64,000 nt of DNA from Chiloscyllium plagiosum (GCF_004010195.1 NC_057719.1:4495464-4559463); one strand, 5' to 3'; shown: positions 24,076 to 36,800, counted from the first letter of the stretch. Program-made: numbers and translations. Notes: generated from the sequence alone by a model not told the origin.

Positions 24076-26439
24076 ACAACACTTTTAACAATGCCATATT
24101 CCCTCACTGCAGACTAGTATAAAGTTAAAAAGTGTTATGCTTTATCATCATTTAATGTTCTCCATTCAGAAAACCTTGTTTCACACACCCATATCTACAA
24201 TCCCAGAGAGGCCAGTGATAATGGTTAACCAGTATCTCTGCTCTACTCTCTGAGTCTTGAAGCCACAGGCTCCAATTCAAAGGCAGGAGTGTTAAAGATA
24301 TGCAAAGTTGACATGTACCAAACCATCACTTCAGGTCTTGCAAAAAAAACTACCCACCATTTTCCAAGTGAATCTCTCTCTTTCCCTGACACTTTGGACT
24401 AATTCAAAGACATGCAAAATACCACCAGAATATTGGGTTTGTATTTGCATTTCAACTCCACTAACACCCCACTCCCCAACCCACTCCACCCAGACTGCTA
24501 TCTCCTAACCACTATCCCTTCACCCAAAGACATCCACTGCCTTTGCCTCACACACAAAGCCACTAATATCTGGGTGAGAGCTTTTTGCCAATATTCTCAA
24601 CTGCAACCTCCAACACCTCTCCTTGCATGTTCAAATTCTAGCCACCGTGCACCCTTCCAATTCTCATGCATCACCTGCATCCTCACTGACTTACAGTGTC
24701 TCCTTGTATGCTGACATAATGAAAAGAAATAACTGGATCTCCCTCTCCAAGATTTTTCTCCAGACTGTATCAGCAGCTTTTAAAACTAATGGCTTTGCGT
24801 GTGAATGTTTCCTTTCACTCCATCTTCAGTGGAGGTTACCGAATCAGCCAGGAATCCTAAACTTGGAACTTACAATCCTCAACCTCAACGCCTTTAAAAT
24901 CTTATTAAAATCTGCCTTTTTGGCAAAGATATCCTCTAACTCTTGCCTCACAGTTTGACAAGTATTCATTTCTATCACCCTTCGGTAAAGGTAACTCTGT
25001 TAAACAAAATACATTTAATGTTGCAAGATCACAACTCTCGCTAGTGTAACTGTCTAAAGAAAGTACTGACTCTACTTCTTCAACTGATGTAGTTCCTGGG
25101 GTCATGACACCCCCCCCCGACTGTGTTATGGAATTTAGCAAGTTAGCAATCAACACAATGATGCTGTCCTGAAACTGGCTTAGGAGTGTTTTTGTTTAAA
25201 TTAAATTCACAATATATGACATTCCTAACAAAGTCAATATTCATTGCCAATCCCTAATTGCCCTTGAAAACATGATAGTGAATTTCATCATTTAATAATT
25301 ATTAAAATACAACTGAATAGCTTTCTCGGTCACGTCAAATGGCAGTTAAGGCCAACCAAGTGCCACAAATCTGGAAACACTTCTAAGCAAAGGTGATAAG
25401 GGCAGCAGATTTTATTTTCTAAAGGATATAGGTGAGCTTGATTTCATTTTACTGACAGTGTTAGAACATAGAACAGTACAGCACAGTATACGTCATTTAG
25501 CCCACGATGGTGTGCTGAGCATTTATCTTAATCTAAGATCAATCAAAGCTACACACCCCTCAACTTACTGTCACCCCTGTGCTTCTCCAGCAGTTACTTA
25601 AATGTCTCTAATTTCTCAGACTCTACTACCACCACTGGCAGTGCATTCCACACACCCCGCACTCTGTAGCTAAACAACCACCACACTAAGTTTTTCATTC
25701 CAGAAATGTGAACAATTTCTGTACTCTAACTGCCAGGATGGATTTTAGACTTATGCCAGATCACCAGCCCGGCCCTTTACTGCTGCCATGCTACTATCAT
25801 GCCCTGCAAGCAAATAAAAACGGGCTTGCATTTTTATAGCACTTTCTACTACCTCAGGATATCCCAAAGCACTAATGAAATAGTCACTTTTATGATGTTA
25901 GAAACATGAAATAAAGTCCCCATAAACACAGTTACTTAAGTGACCACTGGTTTTAGGCATGGATTGTCAGATGTGATGGCCAGGACACCAGAGAGAGAAT
26001 CCTCCTGACCCTTCCTTGCCCAGGTGAGCACTAACAGGGTTTCTGCTGATCCAAAAAAGCTCAAACTTCCACAATATGACATTCCTCTCAAGCCACGCAG
26101 AAGCATTGGCCCACAATACATCCTCCATGTTAGGAGTTGATCCTTTGGATAAAGAACACTGTCCGCTGTGGATCGCCGAGCAGTGGCTCTCTTGCTGGTT
26201 TCCATGCTCCCCCTGGGAGCCATGTGCCAGCCAAATTCCCACCGCACTCACATGGGCAGGTGTAAAAAGCACAGGCCAGAGAGGCTGGGCTCAGACTGCA
26301 GCCTGGGGTGGGGTTAGGGACATACCCTCAAACACTGGGCCTGACACAACCTGGACAGGGGAGATGTCATGACCCCGTTACAGAGGGAGACCCCCAGAGA
26401 AGCTGAAGCTCGAGGGACAACAAAACAGACACCCCTGGA

Positions 26440-26896
26440 CCTGGGCGGGGGATGGCCCACCGGGAGGCCGCAGGGGTCAGGGAGCCGGACACCGTCCTCT
26501 TCGCTCCGCGCCCGGCGCCCGGCGCAACCGCCTGCCCCTGTTTCCGGGTAACGGGGCGGCTCGGGCTCGGGCTCGGGCTCGCGACCCCCACCGCCCACGT
26601 CCCCGTCCCGCGCTCTGCTGGCGGGGGGTCACTGGCCGCCTCAGAGCCCGGCGGGGCCTGCACTCTCCCCCACCCCCGGAGAGGGCCGCGCTGCCGCCCG
26701 CGCCCGGACCCGGACCCGGACCTGACCTATAATCCGGCCGAGGAGCCGGGCCAGCGGCGCCAGGATGAAACAGAGCAGGGAGCCCACCATCCCGCCCGGG
26801 GCCGCCCGCGCGCACGCGCCGCTCCAGCTCCACCACAACCAACTTTATTGACAGCAACGGCGCGGTCACACTGGATCACAGCCTGGTCACACTGGG
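26440..26896. promoter_or_regulatory. CpG island at ANGEL1 5' end (truncated by gap)
   Basis: Abrupt GC- and CpG-rich stretch with GC boxes around exon 1, in an otherwise CpG-depleted window. Confidence 0.85.
26727..26790 (-). CDS. ANGEL1: ANGEL1 coding exon 1 (MVGSLLCFILAPLARLLGRII+G)
   Basis: ATG at 26790 within a CpG island; donor ATAG|GTCAGG at 26727/26726; 64 nt, phase 1. Resembles the hydrophobic N-terminus of vertebrate ANGEL1 (human MIASCLCYLLLPATRLFR, from recall). Confidence 0.85.
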
Positions 26897-27614
26897 NNNN
26901 NNNNNNNNNNNNNNNNNNNNNNNNNNNNNNNNNNNNNNNNNNNNNNNNNNNNNNNNNNNNNNNNNNNNNNNNNNNNNNNNNNNNNNNNNNNNNNNNNNNN
27001 NNNNNNNNNNNNNNNNNNNNNNNNNNNNNNNNNNNNNNNNNNNNNNNNNNNNNNNNNNNNNNNNNNNNNNNNNNNNNNNNNNNNNNNNNNNNNNNNNNNN
27101 NNNNNNNNNNNNNNNNNNNNNNNNNNNNNNNNNNNNNNNNNNNNNNNNNNNNNNNNNNNNNNNNNNNNNNNNNNNNNNNNNNNNNNNNNNNNNNNNNNNN
27201 NNNNNNNNNNNNNNNNNNNNNNNNNNNNNNNNNNNNNNNNNNNNNNNNNNNNNNNNNNNNNNNNNNNNNNNNNNNNNNNNNNNNNNNNNNNNNNNNNNNN
27301 NNNNNNNNNNNNNNNNNNNNNNNNNNNNNNNNNNNNNNNNNNNNNNNNNNNNNNNNNNNNNNNNNNNNNNNNNNNNNNNNNNNNNNNNNNNNNNNNATTA
27401 AAGCCCACCACTGAATTTGGCCTGAAGCTATGGGTGGCATTACCTTGTACTCTTTAAGAAGACCTAGCAGGGTTTGCGATTGGTTGTTATTTCAAATTTA
27501 TGTCTGTAAAGGTATTGGTGGAATCTCCTGACTCCAAATATGACCACCAAACCTTCCTTCTCTATCTGGGTGTATTTATGCTCTGCATTAGCCAAAGTCC
27601 TGGATGCTTACACT

Positions 27615-30600
27615 AGAACATAGATAGAACATAGAACAATACAGCACAGAACAGGCCCTTCGGCCCACGATGTTGTGCCGAACATTTGTCCTAGCTTAAG
27701 CACCCATCCATGTACCTATCCAATTGCCGCTTAAAGGTCACCAATGATTCTGACTCTGCCACTCCCAAGAATTTTCAGCATTGTTTTGCATGAGGTTCAC
27801 TGCAGATGTTACCTAGTAAGGTAATGAAACATCTAGAAATGAACCTTTCAGCTCAGCGAGCAAACCTACATTCAAAACCTCAACCTGAGCTACAAATCTT
27901 CTCAAAACCCAATATATATTTTAATATTTCCATGTAACAAGCATTTTATTGTAACTCTGTTGCACCTTCAGTTTTGTATTTCATTTGCTAAATCAATACT
28001 GAACTTTGGGAGAATAGTATGATTAGAGTGTAGGATGAGGAAAAAATGTTTATTTGATGGAAGAATTTTTGAATGTGCGAAAAATATGCAGATTTAGCAT
28101 TTTTAAATTATTTCTTAAATTCTGGTTGGGTTTGCAATTATTCCCATCCATAATTGCCCCTGTGAAGCCAGTAGTGAATTGATTTGTTGACTCACTGCAG
28201 CTCACATGGGGTACGGTTCTCCAAAATGATGTTCCAGGTGCTCAGTGGGTTTTCAAAATTTTGATACAATGTAACAGTGAAGGAATAGTGAATATTTCCA
28301 AGTGAGGCTGGTGAGTGGCTTCAACAGGACCTTACAGCTAACACTGTTCCCATGCATCTAATGCCCTTCTCCGAGTTGGGAGGTTTGTGAGTTTGGAAGG
28401 TGCTATCTGAGGAGCCTTAGTGAGTTTGTGCAGTGCATCATGTAGGTGGTACACATTCCTGTGCTGTGCATTGGTGTTAAAGAGGGTGAATGGTGCTGTG
28501 ATTGGGCTGCTAAAATCTATTGGCTGCTTTGTCCTGGGTGGTGGTGAACTTCTTGAGTGTTTCTGGAACCGTGCTCATCACAACAAATGAGAGGATGTTA
28601 TCATACTCTTGATTTGTGCCTTGTAGCTATTGGACAGACTTTGCGAAGTCAGGAGGTAAGAACAGACAGGAGGGAGAGGTGCATTGAATAATTTTCACTG
28701 TCAACTTATGTCCCAATCAGATATGTATTTTTAAATTGTTTTTTCTTTTCCTTTTAAAATTGGCCGTGATGTGTTCTCTCAAACTAAGAATGTGAAACCC
28801 AATTTAAAATGATACAGAGCAAGTTCTTTAAGGTCAAAGCAAATGAGAGATTATTATTGCATTAAATTACTTTTCTAATTATTACTGCAATCTGAGGAAT
28901 GGTATGCAGCATATGCACAAACACATACATCCAAAAAAGAAAGGAAAGAGAAAAGATGAAATAGGCTGGGGCTTTTCTATTTGAACTTTGAAGAATGATA
29001 GGTGATCCCATTAAGACATACANNNNNNNNNNNNNNNNNNNNNNNNNNNNNNNNNNNNNNNNNNNNNNNNNNNNNNNNNNNNNNNNNNNNNNNNNNNNNN
29101 NNNNNNNNNNNNNNNNNNNNNNNNNNNNNNNNNNNNNNNNNNNNNNNNNNNNNNNNNNNNNNNNNNNNNNNNNNNNNNNNNNNNNNNNNNNNNNNNNNNN
29201 NNNNNNNNNNNNNNNNNNNNNNNNNNNNNNNNNNNNNNNNNNNNNNNNNNNNNNNNNNNNNNNNNNNNNNNNNNNNNNNNNNNNNNNNNNNNNNNNNNNN
29301 NNNNNNNNNNNNNNNNNNNNNNNNNNNNNNNNNNNNNNNNNNNNNNNNNNNNNNNNNNNNNNNNNNNNNNNNNNNNNNNNNNNNNNNNNNNNNNNNNNNN
29401 NNNNNNNNNNNNNNNNNNNNNNNNNNNNNNNNNNNNNNNNNNNNNNNNNNNNNNNNNNNNNNNNNNNNNNNNNNNNNNNNNNNNNNNNNNNNNNNNNNNN
29501 NNNNNNNNNNNNNNNNNNNNNNNNNNNNNNNNNNNNNNNNNNNNNNNNNNNNNNNNNNNNNNNNNNNNNNNNNNNNNNNNNNNNNNNNNNNNNNNNNNNN
29601 NNNNNNNNNNNNNNNNNNNNNNNNNNNNNNNNNNNNNNNNNNNNNNNNNNNNNNNNNNNNNNNNNNNNNNNNNNNNNNNNNNNNNNNNNNNNNNNNNNNN
29701 NNNNNNNNNNNNNNNNNNNNNNNNNNNNNNNNNNNNNNNNNNNNNNNNNNNNNNNNNNNNNNNNNNNNNNNNNNNNNNNNNNNNNNNNNNNNNNNNNCTC
29801 CTTCTTCCTCTTTACAAGACATTCAACCTCCCTTGTCAACCAAGGTTCCCTCACACGACCATTTCTTTCCTGCCTGATAGGTACATACATATCATGGACA
29901 CGTCGTATCTGCTCTTTGAAGAAGTTCCACATTTCCACCACATCCTTCCCTGGCAGCCTATGCTCCTCAGAACCTGTCTTACAGCATCGTAATTTCCCTT
30001 CCCCCAATTATAAAATCTACCTTGTTGTGCGCACCTATCTCTCTCCATCACCAAGGTGAAAGTCACAGAATTGTGGTCACCATCACCAAAATGTTCACCC
30101 ACTAACAAGCCCATCACTTGTCCCGGTTCATTACCGAGTACCAAATCCAATATGGCCTCCGCTCTGGTTGGACAATCTACATACTGCGTTAGAAAAGCTT
30201 CCTGGACACACTGCACAAACACCGCCCCATCCAATCTACTTGATCTAAAGAGCTTCCAATCAATATTTGGGAAGTTGAAATCGCCCTGTGGCTTCTGCAC
30301 CTTTCCAAAATCTGTTTCCCCATCTGTTTCTCCACATCTCTGCTGCTATTGGGGGGCCTCTAGTAAACACCCAACAAGGTGACTGCTCCTTTCCTATTTC
30401 TGACTTCAGCCCATACTACCTCCAGAGGCAGATCCCCCTCAAACTTCCTTTCTGCAGCCGTTATACCATTTCTAATTAGCAATGCCACCCCCCCTCCTTT
30501 TTTCCCACCCTCCCTAATCTTACTGGAACATCTGTAACCAGGAACCTCCAACAACCATTCCTGTCCCTCTTCTATCCACGTTTCCGTGATGGCCACAACA

Positions 30601-31154
30601 TCGTAGTCCCAGGTACCGATCCACGCCTTAAGTTCACCCACCTTATTTCTGATACTCCTTGCGTTGAAGTATACGCACTTGAGCCCATCTCTGTGTCCGC
30701 AAGTATTCCCTGTCTGTGCTACCTTCTTCACAGCCTCCCTACATTCTTGGACATCCTGAGAAACAGCTACTCTACTTGCTGGACTACAAGTCCGGATCCC
30801 ATTCCCCTGCCAAATTAGTTTAAACCCCCCCGAAGATTGCTAGCAAACCTACCTCCCAGGATATTGGTGCCCTTCTGGTTCAGGTGCAACCTGTCCTGCT
30901 TGTACAGGTCCCACCTTCCCCAGAATGCAGTCCAATTGTCCAAATACCTGAAGCCCTCCCTCCTACACCATCCTTGCAGCCACGTGTTCAACTGCACTCT
31001 CTCCCTATTCCTTGCCTCACTGTCACGTGGCACCGGTAAAATCCCAGAGATGACAACTCTGTCTGTCCTAGCTTTTAGCTTCCAGCCTAACTCCCTGAGC
31101 TCCTGAATGACTTCCCCACCCCTCTTCCTACCTATGTCATTGGTGCCAATGTGC
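27615..31154 (-). mobile_element. Young CR1 LINE (ORF1 esterase and ORF2 endonuclease at 29798-31154; 3' end at 27615-27765)
   Basis: SGNH-like VHIGTND..VVISGILP..DRLHLN; APE YFNARSIRNK..VAITETW, GDFNFP and LDLVL; (ttcta)n tail; short flanking repeat acact (27610-27614, 31155-31159). Confidence 0.88.
27766..29022 (+). repeat. 1257-bp near-identical copy of 34389-35645
   Basis: Direct repeat at offset 6623; two mismatches seen (27812/34435, 28979/35602); ends at a gap. Confidence 0.95.
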
Positions 31155-31639
31155 ACACTGTTGGGCATTCCTCTCCAGTGGGCCATTGCTTTTCATCTGC
31201 CCTAATGTCATTGGCCTGGGAAAAAGAACCCATTCTTTCTACATCCTAGGCCCAGTCTTAGTCGACAAGTTCAAATAAGCGAAGCTTCCTAGATAACCAT
31301 GATGCCAGAAATGCTTACCCCAACTCATGGACAACTGTTGCGAATGAATCTCTTCAGGAGTGTGCTTTTCTCTTGTTTCCACTGAAATAATTCCACAGAG
31401 GCTGGTATCCTGTCATCAAGTCTCCCTTTATTTATATCTTGACAGTGATCTGGCTTCCTCAGTGCCAGCTCTCAAAGTGAACAATACCTCTGAAACTCCT
31501 GTTTATACCTTTCAGCCAAGGCTCCTGATTAACAGCCCCAATCAGGGAACTCATATTTTATGAAGTCCACTTGGCTGACCTCTTTGTAATCACTACAGCC
31601 TTCTCTACCATAAATGCCAATACTGTTATCTCAGATAGG

Positions 31640-31758
31640 CAAAGGTGAGGACTGCAGATGCTGGAAACCAGAGTCTAGATTAGAGTGGTGCTGGAAAAGT
31701 ACTGCAAGTCAGGTAGCATCTGAGGAGCAGGAAAATCGATGTTTCAGGCAAAAGCCCT
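31640..31758 (-). mobile_element. Short Penelope-derived element (single arm)
   Basis: Same family as 1194-1430; ends in the hammerhead stem II / GAAA remnant. Confidence 0.7.
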
Positions 31759-31868
31759 AATTAGTAACTGAAACAGTTAACTGACTTCATCCAATAAACT
31801 CACCCATAAGGGTAGAAAGGATTGTTATTGGGAAGAGTTGACACCTTTAGTTCCAGTTGTTTTCTAGC

Positions 31869-31995
31869 ACTAATTTCTATGTAGCTAACAGGAATGTGGT
31901 CCTGACTGTGAAGTCTAACCTGATGGTTTCACAGGAGACTGATAGACTAGACCTAACAGTAAGGACCACATTCCTGTTAACTACATATAATTAGT
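31869..31995. repeat. Imperfect hairpin / MITE-like inverted repeat
   Basis: tatgtagctaacaggaatgtggtcctgactgt pairs with acagtaaggaccacattcctgttaactacata. Confidence 0.8.
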
Positions 31996-33216
31996 ATTTT
32001 CTTTTTAGTCATAGGTTATGAGTGTCACTGGCTGGGCCAACATCTATTGCTCATCCCTAGTTGCCCTTGAGAAGGTGGTGGTGAGCTGTCTTCTTGAATT
32101 GCTGTAGTCCATGTGCTGCACAATGCTTTTAGAGAGGTAATTCCAGGATATTGACCCAATGACACTGAATGAACAGCGATATATTTCCAAGTCAGGATAA
32201 TGAGTGAGTTGCGAACATGATCACAACTCGCAGACATAGTGTTGTAGAACAGAGGGGGGTGACCTTGTGGGTTACAATGTGTGGAATGAAGAGGTGGTAG
32301 ATGCAGGTATAATTTCAACATTTAAGAGACATTTATGACAAGTACATAAATAGGAAAGGTTTGGAGGAATATGGGCTAAATGCAGGCAAGTAAGACTAGT
32401 TTAGTTTAGGAATATGATCAGAGTGGACTAGTTAGACCAAAGGGTTTGTTTCCATGCTGTATGACTCTATGACATACAACAGTAGTCCAGATACCATCTC
32501 ATATACCAGTGACAACTTGAACATTTGCACTGCCTTTCACCTCTGTTGGAAGCATGGTCACCTCTGTGGGGAACAACTTACAGCAGGCAATCCCTTCTGC
32601 TTTCTCTGACCCAAGGTCAGAAAGGTCACTTTAAACAGAATAGAGGAAAGCTTCAGTTTGGCCATTCAATGCCTTTGTAAAGTGAAGCCAAGTGTTCTCT
32701 AGTTGCTGCCTACTAGTGAACAGTAGAACAGTGAATAGTGAACTACTCGTGAACGAAACAGAATTTAGACAAAGATCACATGGAAATGGGAATTCTTCTC
32801 AAGGTGTTCCCACTTCTCATTCCTTTCTCCAACCCCTCAGAGACTCACATTCTGCCTCTGCCTCAGGCTGCAGCTGGTGCATTCTTTCATGAGGCCCTCA
32901 TAGACTTCAAACTCCAGAGGATGGTGGCCAAGGCACTCAGAGAAACATAGGATCAGGAGTGGGTCATTTAGTCCCTTGAGCCTGTTCTGCCATTCAGTTA
33001 GATGATGGCTGATTTGTGGCCTAACTCCAGAAACCTGCCTTTGGCACATATCCCTTAATATCTTTGCTTAACAAACGTTTACCTATTTCCAGCTGTCACA
33101 GCAGCCTGCCTCAAGGTCTGCTAGAGCAGTCAGAGATAGAAGTAGCAGAAAGCAGAAGGGGAAGGTTTACTTGTTTCCCTTGGATGTTTATAATGATGTC
33201 AATATTATATATTTTA

Positions 33217-34535
33217 GATGTCGGTTTGCTCGCTGAGCTGAAAGGTTCATTTCCAGGTGTTTCGTTACTTTACTAGGTAACATCTTCAGTGGGCCTCATG
33301 TGAAGCAATGCTGAAAATTCCTGCTTTCTATTTATATGTTCAGGTTTCTTTGGGTTGGTGATGTCATTTCCTGTGATGAAGTCACTCCCTGTTCCTTTTC
33401 TCAGAGGATGATAGATGGGGTCTAACTTGATGTGTTTGTTGATAGAGTTCCGGTTGGAATGCCATGCTTCTAGGAATTCTCGTGTGTGTCTTTGTTTGGC
33501 TTGTCCTAGGATGGATGTGTTGTCCCAGTCAAAGTGGTGTCCTTCCTCATCTGTCTGTGAGGATACTAGTGAGAGAGGGTCATGTCTTTTTGTGGCTAGT
33601 TGGTGTTCATGTATCCTGGTGGCTAGTTTTCTGCCTGTTTGTCCAAGGCAGTGTTTGTTACAGTCCTTGCACGGTATTTTGTAAATGAAGTTAGTTTTAC
33701 TCATTGTCTGTATAGGGTCTTTCAAGTACATTAGCTGCTGTTTTAGTGTGTTGGTGGGTTTGTGGGCTCAAACAGCAGCTAATGAACTATATGGGCGGCA
33801 CGGTGGCACAGTGGGTAGCACTGCTGCCTCACAGCGCCAGAGACCCGGGTTCAATTCCCGCCTCAGGCAACTCTCTGTGTGGAGTTTGCACATTCTCCCC
33901 GTGACTGCGTGAGTTTCCTCCGGGTGCTCTGGTTTCCTCCCACAGTCCAAAAATGTGCAGGTTAGGTGAATTGGCCATGCTAAATTGCCCGTAGTGTTAG
34001 ATGAAAGGGTAAATGTAAGGGAATGTGTCTGGGTAGGTTGCCTTTCGGAGGGTCGATGTGGACTTGTTGGGCCGAAGGGCCTGTTTCCACACTGTAAGTA
34101 GTCTAATCTATACAGACAATGAGCAAAACTAACGTAATTTACAAAATACCATGCAAGGACTGTAACAAACACTACATTGGGCAGACAGGCAGAAAACTAG
34201 CCACCGGAATACATGAACACCAAATTGCCACAAAAAGACATGACCCTCTCTCACTAGTATCCTCACATCAAATTAGACCCCATCTACCCTGAGAAAAGGA
34301 ACCAGGGAGTGACTTCATCATAGGAAATAACATCACCACAGGAAATGACATCACCAACCCAAAGAAACCCGAACATATAAATAGAAAGCAAGAATTTTCA
34401 GCATTGTTTTGCATGAGGTTCACTGCAGATGTTATCTAGTAAGGTAATGAAACATCTAGAAATGAACCTTTCAGCTCAGCGAGCAAACCTACATTCAAAA
34501 CCTCAACCTGAGCTACAAATCTTCTCAAAACCCAA
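33217..34535. mobile_element. Penelope-like element: inverted pair of GIY-YIG-containing 3' ends
   Basis: ORF 33273..33731 (-) FIYKIPCKDCNKHCLGQTGRKLATRIHEH..REFLEAW; inverted copy at about 33766-34535; 11-bp TSD tatatatttta (33206-33216, 34536-34546). Confidence 0.9.
33793..34110 (+). mobile_element. HE1-type SINE inserted in Penelope element
   Basis: Full head, A and B boxes, core and tctaa tail. Confidence 0.92.
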
Positions 34536-35569
34536 TATATATTTTAATATTTCCATGTAACAAGCATTTTATTGTAACTCTGTTGCACCTTCAGTTTTGT
34601 ATTTCATTTGCTAAATCAATACTGAACTTTGGGAGAATAGTATGATTAGAGTGTAGGATGAGGAAAAAATGTTTATTTGATGGAAGAATTTTTGAATGTG
34701 CGAAAAATATGCAGATTTAGCATTTTTAAATTATTTCTTAAATTCTGGTTGGGTTTGCAATTATTCCCATCCATAATTGCCCCTGTGAAGCCAGTAGTGA
34801 ATTGATTTGTTGACTCACTGCAGCTCACATGGGGTACGGTTCTCCAAAATGATGTTCCAGGTGCTCAGTGGGTTTTCAAAATTTTGATACAATGTAACAG
34901 TGAAGGAATAGTGAATATTTCCAAGTGAGGCTGGTGAGTGGCTTCAACAGGACCTTACAGCTAACACTGTTCCCATGCATCTAATGCCCTTCTCCGAGTT
35001 GGGAGGTTTGTGAGTTTGGAAGGTGCTATCTGAGGAGCCTTAGTGAGTTTGTGCAGTGCATCATGTAGGTGGTACACATTCCTGTGCTGTGCATTGGTGT
35101 TAAAGAGGGTGAATGGTGCTGTGATTGGGCTGCTAAAATCTATTGGCTGCTTTGTCCTGGGTGGTGGTGAACTTCTTGAGTGTTTCTGGAACCGTGCTCA
35201 TCACAACAAATGAGAGGATGTTATCATACTCTTGATTTGTGCCTTGTAGCTATTGGACAGACTTTGCGAAGTCAGGAGGTAAGAACAGACAGGAGGGAGA
35301 GGTGCATTGAATAATTTTCACTGTCAACTTATGTCCCAATCAGATATGTATTTTTAAATTGTTTTTTCTTTTCCTTTTAAAATTGGCCGTGATGTGTTCT
35401 CTCAAACTAAGAATGTGAAACCCAATTTAAAATGATACAGAGCAAGTTCTTTAAGGTCAAAGCAAATGAGAGATTATTATTGCATTAAATTACTTTTCTA
35501 ATTATTACTGCAATCTGAGGAATGGTATGCAGCATATGCACAAACACATACATCCAAAAAAGAAAGGAA

Positions 35570-35990
35570 AGAGAAAAGATGAAATAGGCTGGGGCTTTTC
35601 TGTTTGAACTTTGAAGAATGATAGGTGATCCCATTAAGACATACAGAATTCTTAAGAGGCTTGACAGGATAAATGCTAAGAGGATGTTTCTCCATCTGGG
35701 CAGTCTCAGAATAAAGGGGCATCAGTTTAAGATTGAAATGAGGATAATTTCTTCCCTTAAGAGGGTTGTAAGTCTTTGGAACTCTTTGCCACAGAGAGCC
35801 GAGGGGGCAAAGTCCTTATGTATATTTAGGGCTGAAATAGATAGATTCTTGATCAATAAGGCAGTCAAGGGTTGTGAGGAAAGGGCAGGAAAGTGGATGT
35901 AAGTAGTTTTGGATCAGCCATTATCCTATTGAATGGCAAAGCAGGCTTGAGAATTCGAACAGCTTACTCCAGTTCCCATTTATTATATCT
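35570..35990 (+). mobile_element. CR1 3' fragment
   Basis: RMIGDPIKTYRILKRLDRI..RVVSLWNSLPQ. Confidence 0.8.
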
Positions 35991-36469
35991 TATAGGAATT
36001 GAAATAAACAAGTCACAAATGACTTAAAATCAAATATATCAGAATTTGTTAATGCATTTGAGAGAGTCCAATAAGTCAGTTTCCAGTTAAGACTTTTTTT
36101 CCATTGGCTATGCACAGCAGTTTCTTTCACAGAAGCACAGATGCATTCAAATAACTGGTGAAATGGTTGTAAGCGAAGTATTGGTACATTTAACAGGAAA
36201 ACACGGGTTTCTTTCCACAAACTTTTGAGAAATATTGAGATCTGAGGCATGCATTTAGCTAATCCTGGAGTTGCTTACTCTTCTGGTATTACAGACTGAC
36301 TGATAAAGTCCTGGCATTCCCTCCCTAAGGGCATTGTGGGTATACCTACAGCACATGGACTACAGAGGTTCAAAAAGACAGCTCACCATCAGCTTCTCAA
36401 GGGCAATAAGGTTGGGTAATAACCAGTGACGCCCACGTCCCATGAGAATAAAAGAAAAGAGGTCAAAGA

Positions 36470-36800
36470 GTGGCACGGTGGTTCAGTGGTTAGCGCTGCT
36501 GCCTCACAAAGCCTGAGACCCAGGTTCCATTCTAGCCTTGGGTGACTCTGTGTGGAGTTTGCACATTCTCCCTATGTCTGTGTGAGTTTCCTCTGGGTGC
36601 TCCGGTTTCCTCCCACAATCCAAAAATGTGCAATTTAAGTGAATTGGCCATGCTAAAGTGCTCCTAGTGTTCAGTGATGTGTAGGCTAGGTGCATTAGTC
36701 ACGGGTAAATATAGGGTAGGGGAATGGGTCTGGGTGGGTTACTCTTTGGCGCAACATCAAGGGCCAAAGGGCCAGTACTGTGCTGTAATGTTCCAAGTTC
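36470..36800 (+). mobile_element. HE1-type SINE
   Basis: GTGGCACGGTGGTTCAGTGG head and HE1 core. Confidence 0.88.

Larger units (their letters stand above)
27397..31597 (-). mobile_element. Internally deleted Gypsy/Ty3 LTR retrotransposon, split by a CR1
   Basis: LTR TGTAGTG...ATTTCA at 31597-31383 with AATAAA; PBS-like GTGGAAACAAG; decayed gag start (DW..VERM..FSQANDIRADEKQ); RNase H remnant GEECPTV | ASRTLANAEHKYTQIEKEG..IFGVRRFHQYLY..MPPIASGQIQWWAL at 27397-27612. Confidence 0.8.

Noticed and set aside
25820..26020. Possible Deu-domain SINE remnant (also about 9715-9790)
   Set aside because: Resemblance is only patchy by eye; cannot be supported without an alignment.
26452..30059. Long ORFs containing X runs
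   Set aside because: Artefacts of translating N gaps.
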